From: a bacterium UBP2_UBA5202
GTDB taxonomy: Bacteria > Edwardsbacteria > AC1 > EtOH8
Assembly (NCBI GenBank): GCA_002412795.1
Contig: DHVS01000032.1
Coordinates: forward strand, 27,577-91,576
DNA: 64,000 bases
Direction: 5' to 3'
The notes beneath the pieces are model-generated. The model did not search any database. It was not told the origin of the DNA and was given only the letters and a program-made list of their open reading frames with translations. Positions 9,039-18,316 of this stretch are shown here, in pieces; the stretch's first letter is position 1, and the number at the start of each line of letters is the position of its first letter. Both the position numbers and the translations under genes were made by a program.

Positions 9039-10708
9039 AAAACACCGCTATAATAATCTTGCTTTTGGCCGCCGGCTTTGCTTCAGCCCAGCAGCTGGAA
9101 GTATCGCCCAACCCGGCCGATGTCGCAACCGATGGAACTGTCCAGTTCTCGGTGCCGGGACGGGAACCGGCCACTGTCCGCTGGCAGTTGCTTCCCCCGT
9201 CTTTGGGCTCCATCTCTGATGTCGGACGATTTACAGCCGGAAGCTCCGCCGGACAGGGGATCGTGCGGGCCTCGGTGCGGCAGGGCGATAAAATGATTTT
9301 AGGCCATGCCCTGATAAAGATCACAGGCAGCAAAGCCGCTGGGTTGACCGTCAAGGTAATCCCGGGATCGGCCCGGTTGGTACCAGGCGCTGCCGAACAA
9401 TTTTCGGCCGAGGTCCGTTATTTGAACGGAGCCCCGGCGGCAGAAGCAGCAATATCCTGGCAGGTGGTGCCGGACGGGCTGGGAGAAATTGATGAAAAAG
9501 GAAAGTTTACCGCCTCGACTCCGGGAACCGGAAGGATTGTGGCCCGGGCCAGATCCGACAAATTCAATGGCCTCGGGCAGTCAAAAATAACCGTGGGGCC
9601 AAAACTTAAGCCCCAAAAACTGATGGTGGAGATGACCCCGGCCAAGGCAGACCTGAAGCCCGGCGAAGATGCGGTATTTTCGGTCTCCGTCAGCGGTCGG
9701 GACGGAAACCCGTTAACGGCGGAACTTGAATTCCTGGTGGAACCGCCAGGACTGGGAACCATAGACGGCTCCGGAAATTTCACCGCCGGAGACAAACCGG
9801 GGGTGGGAACGGTAAAAGTGCTGGCCAAAAGCGAAAAGGGATCGGGAACCGCCAAATCCCTGGCAGTGGTGACCGAAAAGACACCGCGTTATACCGTCAG
9901 GATAAAACCGCGCCAATCGGCGCTGGAGCCGGGACAGTCCCTGGAATTTTCCGCCGAGGCCTTTGACAACAGCGGCAACCTGGTCACTCCCCCCTACTGG
10001 GCCTGGAAGGTGATCCCGGAAAAATTGGGTGAGATCTCTTCCCAGGGAATATTCACCGCCGGGCAGAAATCCGGACAGGGCAAAGTAGTGGCCTCGCTTC
10101 CCCCCCAGTTCGGCCAGGGACAGGCGGCCGCCTCTGTCAGGGTAAAACCCGGCCAGCCGCTGCGGGTGAAGATCGATCCTCCCAACGCTCTGCTGCTGCC
10201 GGGTCAGCCCCAGCAGTTCACCGCGGCAGTATACAACACCCAGGGCCAGCTGATGCCTGAAATAAACATATTGTGGAAGGTCTCTCACGAAGGATTTGGG
10301 ACCGTCAGTCAAAACGGCCTGTTTCGGGCCGGCGACCAGCCCGGCAGAAAGGGATCGGTACTGGCGGTGGTCTCACCCCGCCAGGGTGCAGGCCAGGGGG
10401 CAGCGCTGGTCAGCATCTCTGAATATAAGGCCAGGATCGACCAAAAACCCGGACCCATCACTGTAAATTCCGGCGGCATTTATGCTTTCAGCGCCACCGT
10501 CACCGATGCCATGGGAAACACCATTGCTGTCGGCCAGTTGCAGTGGCTGACCGATCCCAACAGCCAGCAGTTCGGCACCATCAACCAGACCGGCCAGTTT
10601 ACCGCCGGTCATCCCCCGGGGCAGACCTCCGGCTGGGTGATAGTCAGGGCCACCATCAACGGTTCAGTTATCGCCGACAAAATAGCGGTGGTGGTGAAGA
10701 GCAATTAG
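9035..10708 (+). CDS. Secreted protein with six bacterial Ig-like (Big_2) repeats
   Basis: Signal peptide; six repeats of about 90 aa each ending in a G.G.FTAG..G.G motif; ATGA overlap with the anti-sigma gene. Confidence 0.65.
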   Translation: MKNTAIIILLLAAGFASAQQLEVSPNPADVATDGTVQFSVPGREPATVRWQLLPPSLGSISDVGRFTAGSSAGQGIVRASVRQGDKMILGHALIKITGSKAAGLTVKVIPGSARLVPGAAEQFSAEVRYLNGAPAAEAAISWQVVPDGLGEIDEKGKFTASTPGTGRIVARARSDKFNGLGQSKITVGPKLKPQKLMVEMTPAKADLKPGEDAVFSVSVSGRDGNPLTAELEFLVEPPGLGTIDGSGNFTAGDKPGVGTVKVLAKSEKGSGTAKSLAVVTEKTPRYTVRIKPRQSALEPGQSLEFSAEAFDNSGNLVTPPYWAWKVIPEKLGEISSQGIFTAGQKSGQGKVVASLPPQFGQGQAAASVRVKPGQPLRVKIDPPNALLLPGQPQQFTAAVYNTQGQLMPEINILWKVSHEGFGTVSQNGLFRAGDQPGRKGSVLAVVSPRQGAGQGAALVSISEYKARIDQKPGPITVNSGGIYAFSATVTDAMGNTIAVGQLQWLTDPNSQQFGTINQTGQFTAGHPPGQTSGWVIVRATINGSVIADKIAVVVKSN

Positions 10709-10729
10709 GGATAAGGTTTGACCGGACAT

Positions 10730-10770
10730 AAAAAGCCCCCCGCCAAAGGCGGGGGGCTTTTTTGTTTTTT
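10730..10770. terminator. Bidirectional rho-independent terminator
   Basis: AAAAAGCCCCCCGCC-AAAG-GCGGGGGGCTTTTTTGTTTTTT between convergent genes. Confidence 0.8.
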
Positions 10771-10782
10771 ATCTTCCGAAAT

Positions 10783-11961
10783 TTACTTCTTGGCCTTGAC
10801 CGGCTTTTTGGCTGCCGCAGCTTTTTTTACCAGCTTAACCACCTTGTGTTCTTTTTCCTCTTCCGCCGCTGGAGGGCATACTTCGGTCTCCTTTTCCTCC
10901 TGCCGTTCAAATATATTCCGGTCATCGCGCTTCATAACGATGATGCCGTAGATGATGGTCTGGCCCACCACCGTGGCGGCCGCGGCGTAGGAAAGGACCA
11001 GTAAGCGGACCAGGTTCAGCGACATCCCCATTAAAAAGGCCGAAACATGGCCGGACCAGTTGAGGTCCGGAGTATTCAGAAGGTAAAGCCCCTGGTCAAA
11101 TCCCCAGCCCTGCATGGCGCCCAACATAATATTCAGCACCATGGGCGGAGTATAAAGATTGAAGGCGGCGGCGGCCAGGTCCATAAATCTTTCCCCCATG
11201 AAGACCCCCATCAGTTTGTAGGAGATCATCACGGCATGATGGCTGAACCAGACAAAGACCCCGAAACTCAGCAGAACTACTAATTTCAGCAATCCGCTGT
11301 ACACCACCAAACGCCAGGGCTGGGAGGTCATGGCGGAGAATATCTCAAAGAGGTTGTCAAAGGTGTCGCTCTTGGCCGCTCCGGCCACTATCGGGGAATA
11401 GAACAGGGCCACCATCAGGGCCGCCAGCAGAAAGACTATGAACAGGCAGACCAGGTAAATGGGAAGGGCCAAAGCCGAGACCGTCAGCTCGCCCAGATAG
11501 GGTATCCGGCCCCACAGCCCCAGTACCAGACCGCCCAAGACCAGAAAAGCGATGAAAGTAACAATTACCAGCGGCGCGCCCAGCACCGCCTTCCAACCCT
11601 GTTTTACAAAAGCGGCCGCTTCCCTGATCTCATAGAATTCGTTGCCTGAGAGCTGTTCGGCGGTGATCCTGGCCACCACCGCCGAAGTCAGCATATAGAC
11701 CACTCCCAGTCCGGCGGCTCCCAGGAACCATAGAGCCCAGGCCCCAAAACCAAAATCCGACCAGGGCAGAGGCAGCAGCCCGAACATAGCCCAGGTTTCG
11801 GCCAGGGACCGGCCGGCGGCGGCATGGGACAGATAGCTGAACAGGTTGTAAATTGCCAGGCCCAATGCCAGACCGCAGAAGAAAGCCCAGATCTTTTTGG
11901 GCGAAAAGCCCAGCCGGGCCGCCCGGAACACGTCCTTAAAATTGAAATACATTTTAAGCAT
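10783..11961 (-). CDS. Polytopic integral membrane protein with lysine-rich C-terminal tail
   Basis: Multiple hydrophobic helices; C-terminal KKAAAAKKPVKAKK. Confidence 0.5.
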   Translation of the reverse strand: MLKMYFNFKDVFRAARLGFSPKKIWAFFCGLALGLAIYNLFSYLSHAAAGRSLAETWAMFGLLPLPWSDFGFGAWALWFLGAAGLGVVYMLTSAVVARITAEQLSGNEFYEIREAAAFVKQGWKAVLGAPLVIVTFIAFLVLGGLVLGLWGRIPYLGELTVSALALPIYLVCLFIVFLLAALMVALFYSPIVAGAAKSDTFDNLFEIFSAMTSQPWRLVVYSGLLKLVVLLSFGVFVWFSHHAVMISYKLMGVFMGERFMDLAAAAFNLYTPPMVLNIMLGAMQGWGFDQGLYLLNTPDLNWSGHVSAFLMGMSLNLVRLLVLSYAAAATVVGQTIIYGIIVMKRDDRNIFERQEEKETEVCPPAAEEEKEHKVVKLVKKAAAAKKPVKAKK

Positions 11962-12014
11962 GGGCTTTATTCCTCCTGTATTTTTGGGTTTGTATGATTC
12001 GCCGTAATGGTTTT

Positions 12015-13604
12015 TTAACCCAGGTATTCCACCAGCATCTGGCAGATGTAGTCCTCTATCCGGCGGGCCAGCTTGGCCCGGTAGATATTATTGACCATAA
12101 TGGAAAAGGCAAACATCTTTCCGTTCTTGGCGGTCAGATAGCCGGAAAGGGCCGAAACCCCTCCGATGGAGCCGGTCTTGGCGTAGACCCGGCCCGAGAC
12201 CTTGGGGCCGGAAAGCCGTCCGGTCAGGGTTCCGTCTATCCCCCCGATGGCCAGGGAATTATAAAAGTCCTCCCAGTAGGGCTGATTGGACATGAACTTC
12301 AGCAGGTTCACCACCTGTTGGGGGGAGACCGTGTTCAGCCGGGAGAGGCCGCAGCCGTCGTAAAGATCTATTGTCCCCAGGCCCATTTGTTCGGTAATCA
12401 CCCGTTCGGAGAGCGAGCCCTGCTGGCGGCTGCCCTCTCCTCCCATCTCGGAGCCGATGGTGTTAAGCAGAGCCTCGGCATACAGGTTGTGGCTGATCTT
12501 GTTGATGATCTTGATGATCTCGGAAAGCGGGGGCGAATAATTGGCGTATATCAGTTCCGCCTGCTGTTTCAGCGCCAGAGGTTTTTCGCTCAGGGCCAGG
12601 CCCTGGCCCGAGACTGTGATGCCCTTGTCCTGCAGGACCGCCGCAAACACCCGGGCAAAGTGGCCCTGGGGATCCTTGGCCACGAATAAGAATTTTTTAC
12701 TGGAACCCTGGGCCAGTTTTCCGGTTATTTTCAGGGCCTCGCCGTCGAAACTGGCGTAGGCCTTGCCCACATTGTAGACCTTGCGGGACTTGGTAACCAT
12801 CTTGCCGCTCTTGTCCTTTACCTGGCGGGTGACGGTGCTACTGCTGCCCTTGATGGTCCGGCTGAGGTTCTTTACTTTGACGGTCATGGGGGGATCGGTG
12901 GAAACCCGCAAGGGCTTGCCCAACTGCCCCCCGGAAATGGTGACCGCCACCAGATTGTCCCGGTAGGAAAGACCTGAGATCTGCCAGGCCATTCGTTTTT
13001 TGGATTTGACCATCTTGTTGGTGGCCCGGGGCACCATGGAAACTATCTTCTGGGGCACGAAATTTCCCTCGTCGCCGATGATATCACCATCCACCGCCGT
13101 TATCCCCTGGGATTTCAGGCTGTCGGCCCACTCCTCCAGCAGGGCCAGTTCGCTGATGGTGGGGTCTCCCGAGCCCTTGATGATCAAGTCGCCGTGCAAT
13201 ACCCCAAAGGAATCTATCTCGCCCAGGGCAAAGATCTCGGTCTGGTAGGAATAGTTGGGACCCAGCTGTTCCAGCGCCGCCGCCGTGGTGAAAAGCTTGG
13301 CATTTGAGGCCGGAATGAATTTGCTTTGGGAATTATGCTGGTAAATGATGTCCCCGCTTTCCAGGTCCATCACCGCGATGCCCCACCGGCCCAGCCGGGG
13401 CAGCTTTTGGTCGAACAGCTTGTCCAGATCATCCTGAATGTCACCGGTAGGTTTGGGCATATAGGACACCGACTGCCGCTGTTTGGTTTTTTTGGAGCCC
13501 TTTGCTTTTTTTGCTGTGGCCGCCTCCCCGGAGCAAAAAAACAACGCCCCGCCCAAAATAATGGCCAAGGCCGAAAGTATTATTTTATTCAGGCGAAGCG
13601 TCAA
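12015..13604 (-). CDS. dacB: D-alanyl-D-alanine carboxypeptidase/endopeptidase, PBP4 (peptidase S13) family
   Basis: Signal peptide; active-site-like SNAKLFTTAAAL and KTGSIGGVSALSGY (KTG) motifs; 529 aa. Confidence 0.8.
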   Translation of the reverse strand: MTLRLNKIILSALAIILGGALFFCSGEAATAKKAKGSKKTKQRQSVSYMPKPTGDIQDDLDKLFDQKLPRLGRWGIAVMDLESGDIIYQHNSQSKFIPASNAKLFTTAAALEQLGPNYSYQTEIFALGEIDSFGVLHGDLIIKGSGDPTISELALLEEWADSLKSQGITAVDGDIIGDEGNFVPQKIVSMVPRATNKMVKSKKRMAWQISGLSYRDNLVAVTISGGQLGKPLRVSTDPPMTVKVKNLSRTIKGSSSTVTRQVKDKSGKMVTKSRKVYNVGKAYASFDGEALKITGKLAQGSSKKFLFVAKDPQGHFARVFAAVLQDKGITVSGQGLALSEKPLALKQQAELIYANYSPPLSEIIKIINKISHNLYAEALLNTIGSEMGGEGSRQQGSLSERVITEQMGLGTIDLYDGCGLSRLNTVSPQQVVNLLKFMSNQPYWEDFYNSLAIGGIDGTLTGRLSGPKVSGRVYAKTGSIGGVSALSGYLTAKNGKMFAFSIMVNNIYRAKLARRIEDYICQMLVEYLG

Positions 13605-13620
13605 TGTTTTAAATCTTTAT

Positions 13621-14118
13621 TTATCGGTTGTTGCCCAAAAACAGGTAGGGCCGCCACCGCTGGTCCGGCAGCCCCAGATGATATTGGATGAAAGTGATAT
13701 AATGGGGATTTTTGGGTTTGCGCAACAGGTTCATTTTTATCCGGTTTAAGCTGAGATCTCCCTTTTTGTTGTTGCAGGCCACGCAGGCGCAGACCAGGTT
13801 CTCCCAGCTGTCCTCCCCGCCCTGGCTTTTGGGAATGACGTGATCGGCGGTCATGGCCCCCTGGGTGGTGCCGCAGTACTGGCAGGTCCGGTTGTCGCGC
13901 CGGACGATGTTCTGCTTGCTCAACCGGACGTTCTGGCGGGGCCGTTTGATGTAACAGTTGAGCCGGACCACGCTGGGCACAGTGAATTTCTGACGAAGGC
14001 TGCGCACCAAATGTTCGCTTTGTTCAACCACCTCGGCCTTCTGGCGGTAAAGCATCAGCAGGGCCCGGCGGGCATTGCAGACCGAGAGCGGTTCATAGTT
14101 CTGGTTAAGCACCAGCAC
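13621..14118 (-). CDS. HNH endonuclease family protein
   Basis: CQYCG..ADHVIPKSQGG..WENLV.ACVACNNKK HNH motif. Confidence 0.75.
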   Translation of the reverse strand: MLVLNQNYEPLSVCNARRALLMLYRQKAEVVEQSEHLVRSLRQKFTVPSVVRLNCYIKRPRQNVRLSKQNIVRRDNRTCQYCGTTQGAMTADHVIPKSQGGEDSWENLVCACVACNNKKGDLSLNRIKMNLLRKPKNPHYITFIQYHLGLPDQRWRPYLFLGNNR

Positions 14119-14144
14119 CTGCCGGTTAAGGCCGTTATGTAGGA

Positions 14145-14597
14145 CTACTGCTGCTGAGTTCCACCCTCCTTATGCTCAAAGTTGATTCTATGAGTATAAA
14201 TGTTGAACGGAAAGTATATCTCCACCGTATATCTGATCTCCATCTCCAATCCCTCGGAGGTCCTGGTCATATGTTCCAGGAAATATTGTTTGGCAAGTTC
14301 CAGATATTCCTTTTCTTGTTCCGGAGTCTCCGGTTGGTAGAAAAACTTTTTGCCGTCATCCCCGATTACTTGATAAAAATAATCACCGCTGATCGGAATT
14401 TTATCAAGTAGGGCGTTTTCGGATAGTTTAATGGCAATGCTGATGTCTGACTCGGAATTGGCCGATAGCACCGCCTCCTTGATCTTTTCCTTGATATCGG
14501 CAAAGCGAATATAGGGCAACAATATTACGATGGACATATATAAGGCAAAGCCCACCAATATCCACAGTATCCATTTGACTATTCTCGGCATTGGCAC
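14145..14597 (-). CDS. Hypothetical membrane-anchored protein
   Basis: N-terminal TM helix (IVKWILWILVGFALYMSIVILL); no recognisable motif. Confidence 0.4.
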   Translation of the reverse strand: MPMPRIVKWILWILVGFALYMSIVILLPYIRFADIKEKIKEAVLSANSESDISIAIKLSENALLDKIPISGDYFYQVIGDDGKKFFYQPETPEQEKEYLELAKQYFLEHMTRTSEGLEMEIRYTVEIYFPFNIYTHRINFEHKEGGTQQQ

Positions 14598-14769
14598 CTC
14601 CCGGATAAAAATATGAGCACAAGCGTTGATACTTGTGCCCTGAATGTCTAAATATCTTACGCTTGTTGAATTGAATTGTTGACCGGTTTGTGTAAAACCG
14701 ACAAGCGCGGCTATAGCCCCGGATTAAATCTGGCTTGCCCGACAAAGTCCGCCAAATGCGGACGAAATC

Positions 14770-14847
14770 TGGTGGACCTGAGGGGAATCGAACCCCTGAC
14801 CTCCTGACTGCCAGTCAGGCGCGCTACCAAAACTGCGCTACAGGCCC
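14770..14847 (-). tRNA. tRNA-Ala (anticodon GGC) with encoded CCA
   Basis: Reverse complement folds as a cloverleaf GGGCCTG..anticodon loop CTGGCAG..TTCGATT T-loop..CAGGTCC-ACCA; G3:U70 alanine identity pair. Confidence 0.85.
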
Positions 14848-14934
14848 GTCTAAAAAACTAAACAGATTGTAAGTTTACCAAAAAAACCGGCTTAAGTCAA
14901 GATGTAAATGAAGGATATGGGAATTATTGGGTTT

Positions 14935-15870
14935 TTAAACCGCCAGCATCCTTTCCAAAGCTTCCCTGGCTTTTTCCGCCATCTCTTCCGGCAGCCCTAT
15001 CTCATTTTCACCGTTCTCCAAAGCCCAGGCCACCTTGGCCAGGTTGATCATTTTCATGTTTTGGCACACCGCGTGCCGGGCCAGAGGATATATCCCTTTG
15101 CCGGGATGACTTTGGCTAAGTTGTTCCACCAGTCCCATCTCTGTCCCTATTATCCACTCACTGACCCCGCTTTGTTCGCTGACCGCCTTGACCATCCCCG
15201 AAGTGGAGGCCGCTTCATCGGCCAGCTCCACCACCTCCGGCCGGCACTCGGGGTGCACTATCAGCCGGGCGCCGGGATGTTCCTCCCGGGCGGCCTTCAC
15301 ATCTTCTGCCGTGAAACGATTGTGCACAAAGCAGAACCCCGGCCACAGTATCAGTTCCCGCCCGGACATTTTGGCGGTATAGGAACCCAGGTTCCTGTCC
15401 GGCACGAACAGTATCTGCCGGTCGCGGGGCAGGGAGTTCACCACCTTCACCGCATTGGAGGAAGTGCAGCAGATATGGCTCTGGGCCTTGACCGCCGCCG
15501 AACTGTTGACATAGGCCACCGCCAGCGGATCGCCATATTGTTTTTTGGCGGCGATCAGTGCCTCGGCCGTGATCATGTCGGCCATGGGGCAGCCGGCGTT
15601 CCGGTCCGGCATCAGCACTTTTTTCCCGGGATTCAGCAGCTTGGCGCTCTCGGCCATGAAGTGCACCCCGCAAAAGACTATGATACCTGCCTTGGTCTGG
15701 GCCGCGGCCTGGGCCAGGGCCAGTGAATCGCCCAGGAAATCGGCGATCTTCTGCACCTCCAGGGTCTGGTAATTGTGAACCAGGAAGACCACATCCTTTT
15801 GCCTTTTCAGCCCGGCTATCACGGTGTAAAGTTCTTCCGGCGGTAGTTTTTGGTATTCTTCAAGCGTCAT
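14935..15870 (-). CDS. nadA: Quinolinate synthase A
   Basis: Conserved NadA motifs across all three repeats incl. HICCTSS and VHPEC; 311 aa. Confidence 0.9.
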   Translation of the reverse strand: MTLEEYQKLPPEELYTVIAGLKRQKDVVFLVHNYQTLEVQKIADFLGDSLALAQAAAQTKAGIIVFCGVHFMAESAKLLNPGKKVLMPDRNAGCPMADMITAEALIAAKKQYGDPLAVAYVNSSAAVKAQSHICCTSSNAVKVVNSLPRDRQILFVPDRNLGSYTAKMSGRELILWPGFCFVHNRFTAEDVKAAREEHPGARLIVHPECRPEVVELADEAASTSGMVKAVSEQSGVSEWIIGTEMGLVEQLSQSHPGKGIYPLARHAVCQNMKMINLAKVAWALENGENEIGLPEEMAEKAREALERMLAV

Positions 15871-17027
15871 TTTAGTTTAGCCCCATCCAGCACTAGTTGA
15901 TTGAATATTTGTTGCTGAGCTTCGTCCATAAACCCTATCTCCACCGGCAGCACCAGCAACGGCTTGCCGAGATCAAGACCGGGCGGAAGTTTCACCGCGT
16001 CTTTTTCGGTGGTCAGCAGGCAGTCGCACTCCTCTGCCTTCCCGGCAATTTCCTTCAGTTGATCACGGGAATAGTTGTGATGGTCGGGGTATTTCAGATG
16101 GGCGGTAAAAGAAATCCCTGCCTGCCTGACGCTTTGTTCGAATGACCCCGGGCTGGCAATGCCGGAGAACAAAATGACCCTGGAGCTCTTTAGTGCTTCC
16201 ATGCTGGGAGTGGACCTGTCCGCAAATCTATAAGGCTGTCCGGTCTTATGCCGGGTCTTAAACATCGCGGCTTTTGAATTTTGAATTTTGAATTCTGAAT
16301 TCAGGTTGTTGCCCCTGGTCATCACCACGGCCTCCGCCCGGCGCAGCGCACTGACAGGCTCCCGCAGCATCCCGGCCGGCAGCAGCCAGCCGTTGTCATA
16401 AGGTCTCTGGCTGTCCAGCAGGACGATGTCCAGATCGCGCTTCAGCCGCAGGTGCTGGAAGCCGTCGTCCAGCACTATGACCTGCGCCCCCATCTCCGCG
16501 GCCTTCCCCGCCCCGGCCACCCGGTCCTTGCCGACGATGATCATGGCCCCCGGTTTCCCCTTCGTGCCGAGAAGCCGCAAGGCCATCAGAAACGGCTCAT
16601 CCCCCGACTCATCGGCCTTACAAAATATCGAGATCCCATCACTGACTACCAGTGATTTTGATTTTTGATTTCTTGCCCTGAGCTGCCAGGCTGAGCATGC
16701 CGAAGCCGATGCCGAAGGGCTGCTCTCTGCCTTTCTCTTGTAGCCCCGCGAAAGTATCGCCGTTCTCAGGCCATTGTCCATCAGCATCCTGGCGATATAA
16801 ATCGCCATGGGAGTCTTGCCGGTGCCGCCGGCCACTATGTTGCCAATGGATATGACCGGGACCGCAGCCTTATGGCTCCGGAACAAACCTGCCCTATAGG
16901 CGCCCGCCCTCAGCTCCATCATCAACCCGTAAAGCAGGGAGACCGGCCAAAGGAAAGCGATCTTTATGATATCTGAAAAATTCATTGCCCTATTAGGATA
17001 ACCCAAACTGCCCAAAAAAACAAGCAA
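15867..17027 (-). CDS. lpxK: Tetraacyldisaccharide 4'-kinase (lipid A biosynthesis) with a low-complexity insertion
   Basis: VPVISIGNIVAGGTGKTP P-loop typical of LpxK; SRGYKRK..GDEP region carries an extra Ser/Ala-rich insert; ATGA overlap with nadA. Confidence 0.75.
   Translation of the reverse strand: MLVFLGSLGYPNRAMNFSDIIKIAFLWPVSLLYGLMMELRAGAYRAGLFRSHKAAVPVISIGNIVAGGTGKTPMAIYIARMLMDNGLRTAILSRGYKRKAESSPSASASACSAWQLRARNQKSKSLVVSDGISIFCKADESGDEPFLMALRLLGTKGKPGAMIIVGKDRVAGAGKAAEMGAQVIVLDDGFQHLRLKRDLDIVLLDSQRPYDNGWLLPAGMLREPVSALRRAEAVVMTRGNNLNSEFKIQNSKAAMFKTRHKTGQPYRFADRSTPSMEALKSSRVILFSGIASPGSFEQSVRQAGISFTAHLKYPDHHNYSRDQLKEIAGKAEECDCLLTTEKDAVKLPPGLDLGKPLLVLPVEIGFMDEAQQQIFNQLVLDGAKLK
16262..16292. 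repeat. Heptamer microsatellite (TTTTGAA)x3 plus TTCTGAATTC inside lpxK coding sequence
   Basis: Direct read: ttttgaattttgaattttgaattctgaattc. Confidence 0.6.
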
Positions 17028-17084
17028 AAATTACGCATATTTTGTTTGACTTTGGCCCGATTTAGACTTATCATTAAATGTTGT

Positions 17085-17834
17085 ATGCTTAAAACAATCG
17101 CCGACTTACATACCCACACCGTTTTTTCCGACGGCCGGCTTTCGCCCCAAGAAGTTCTGCGGATCGCTGCGGACAAGGGGTACCGGGTGGGGCTGGCCGA
17201 CCACTGCGGCCCGGGAAATTTCCAGCTGGACAGCCGGGACCGGTTTGAAAAATATCTGTCAGCCATTCAGGACCTGCCAGTCTACCGAGCCGTGGAACTG
17301 GACCTGGGACGGGAGATTCCCATTTCACCGGAGGAGCTGAAACGCTGCCATTATCTGATCGGCGGGGTTCATTCAGTGGGAACGGCGGATTTCTTTGATC
17401 CCCGGATTACTGAGATCGATCTGCCCCTTCTGCTGGATGAGATGCTGGAAATAATCGGGCTCCAGTCCCAAAAATATTCTTTTGACATCCTGGCCCACCC
17501 CGGCCTGCTGCCCTGCAATTTCCGGGAGCAGAAAGACGCCATCACTGGCGGATGGCGGATGAAACTGGTGGAGCTGGCCCTGAAATGCAATTTGGCCATC
17601 GAACTCAGCTCCCGGTGGCTGGTCCCGGACCTGAAGCTGGCATCGATGGCCAAAGAGGCCGGATTGAAGTTTTCCCTGGGTTCGGACGGGCACGACGCCG
17701 ACAAAATGTGCCGGCTGGACTATTCGCTGGAGCTGGCCGGGAAACTGGAACTGGCCGACCGGGATCTGTTCTGGCCCTTGAACGGGGCTATTCCGTGGCA
17801 AACGAATCCTGGATCCGGTCATCCATCACCCTGA
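17085..17834 (+). CDS. PHP-domain metal-dependent phosphoesterase (start moved to MLKTIADLHTHT)
   Basis: DLHTHTVFSDG and ADHCGPG histidine clusters typical of the PHP family. Confidence 0.7.
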   Translation: MLKTIADLHTHTVFSDGRLSPQEVLRIAADKGYRVGLADHCGPGNFQLDSRDRFEKYLSAIQDLPVYRAVELDLGREIPISPEELKRCHYLIGGVHSVGTADFFDPRITEIDLPLLLDEMLEIIGLQSQKYSFDILAHPGLLPCNFREQKDAITGGWRMKLVELALKCNLAIELSSRWLVPDLKLASMAKEAGLKFSLGSDGHDADKMCRLDYSLELAGKLELADRDLFWPLNGAIPWQTNPGSGHPSP

Positions 17835-18246
17835 TCCTGGCCGAAAGGATCCGGGACATGGCCAGCATCATCTTGGCCGCTATCCTGGCCTCCTTGTCCA
17901 TCAGAAAGGCGATGTGCTTGCGGGTCAGAATATACAGCTCGGTGCTCTCCACCGCGTTGACATTGGCCGACCGGGGGGCCTTGTCCAGCAGGGACATTTC
18001 TCCGAAGAACTTTCCCGGACCCAGTTCGGCCAGCACCACGTCCCCCTGGTCGGTGGGCAGGCTGATCTGGACCTTGCCGCTCTTGATCAGGTACATGCTG
18101 TCGCCGGGTGCGTCCTTCTGGCAGATGATGGACCCGGGCATGAAATCCTCGGCCTCGGTGGAAAAAAGCTGGGTCAGGCGCATCATCTCGTCTTCGGCCA
18201 GTTCCTGGAACAGCAGGAAATCCCTGAGGTTGTTGATGGAGCTCAT
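17788..18246 (-). CDS. Standalone cyclic-nucleotide-binding (CNB) domain protein (start trimmed to MSSINN.., AGGAGG SD)
   Basis: GKFFGEMSLLDKAPRSANV phosphate-binding cassette; the track's longer start at 18396 would overlap the divergent gene by 80 nt and lacks an SD. Confidence 0.75.
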   Translation of the reverse strand: MSSINNLRDFLLFQELAEDEMMRLTQLFSTEAEDFMPGSIICQKDAPGDSMYLIKSGKVQISLPTDQGDVVLAELGPGKFFGEMSLLDKAPRSANVNAVESTELYILTRKHIAFLMDKEARIAAKMMLAMSRILSARIRVMDDRIQDSFATE

Positions 18247-18316
18247 TTCCCCTCCTGTTTGATGAAGTGATGGATTTTTAGGAACTTTACAATTTAAAAC
18301 CAAGGAGTCTGAAGGT

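Noticed and set aside
14598-14769. Possible prophage attachment site downstream of tRNA-Ala
   Set aside because: No duplicated tRNA 3' segment and no integrase nearby. Retained only as a low-interest note.
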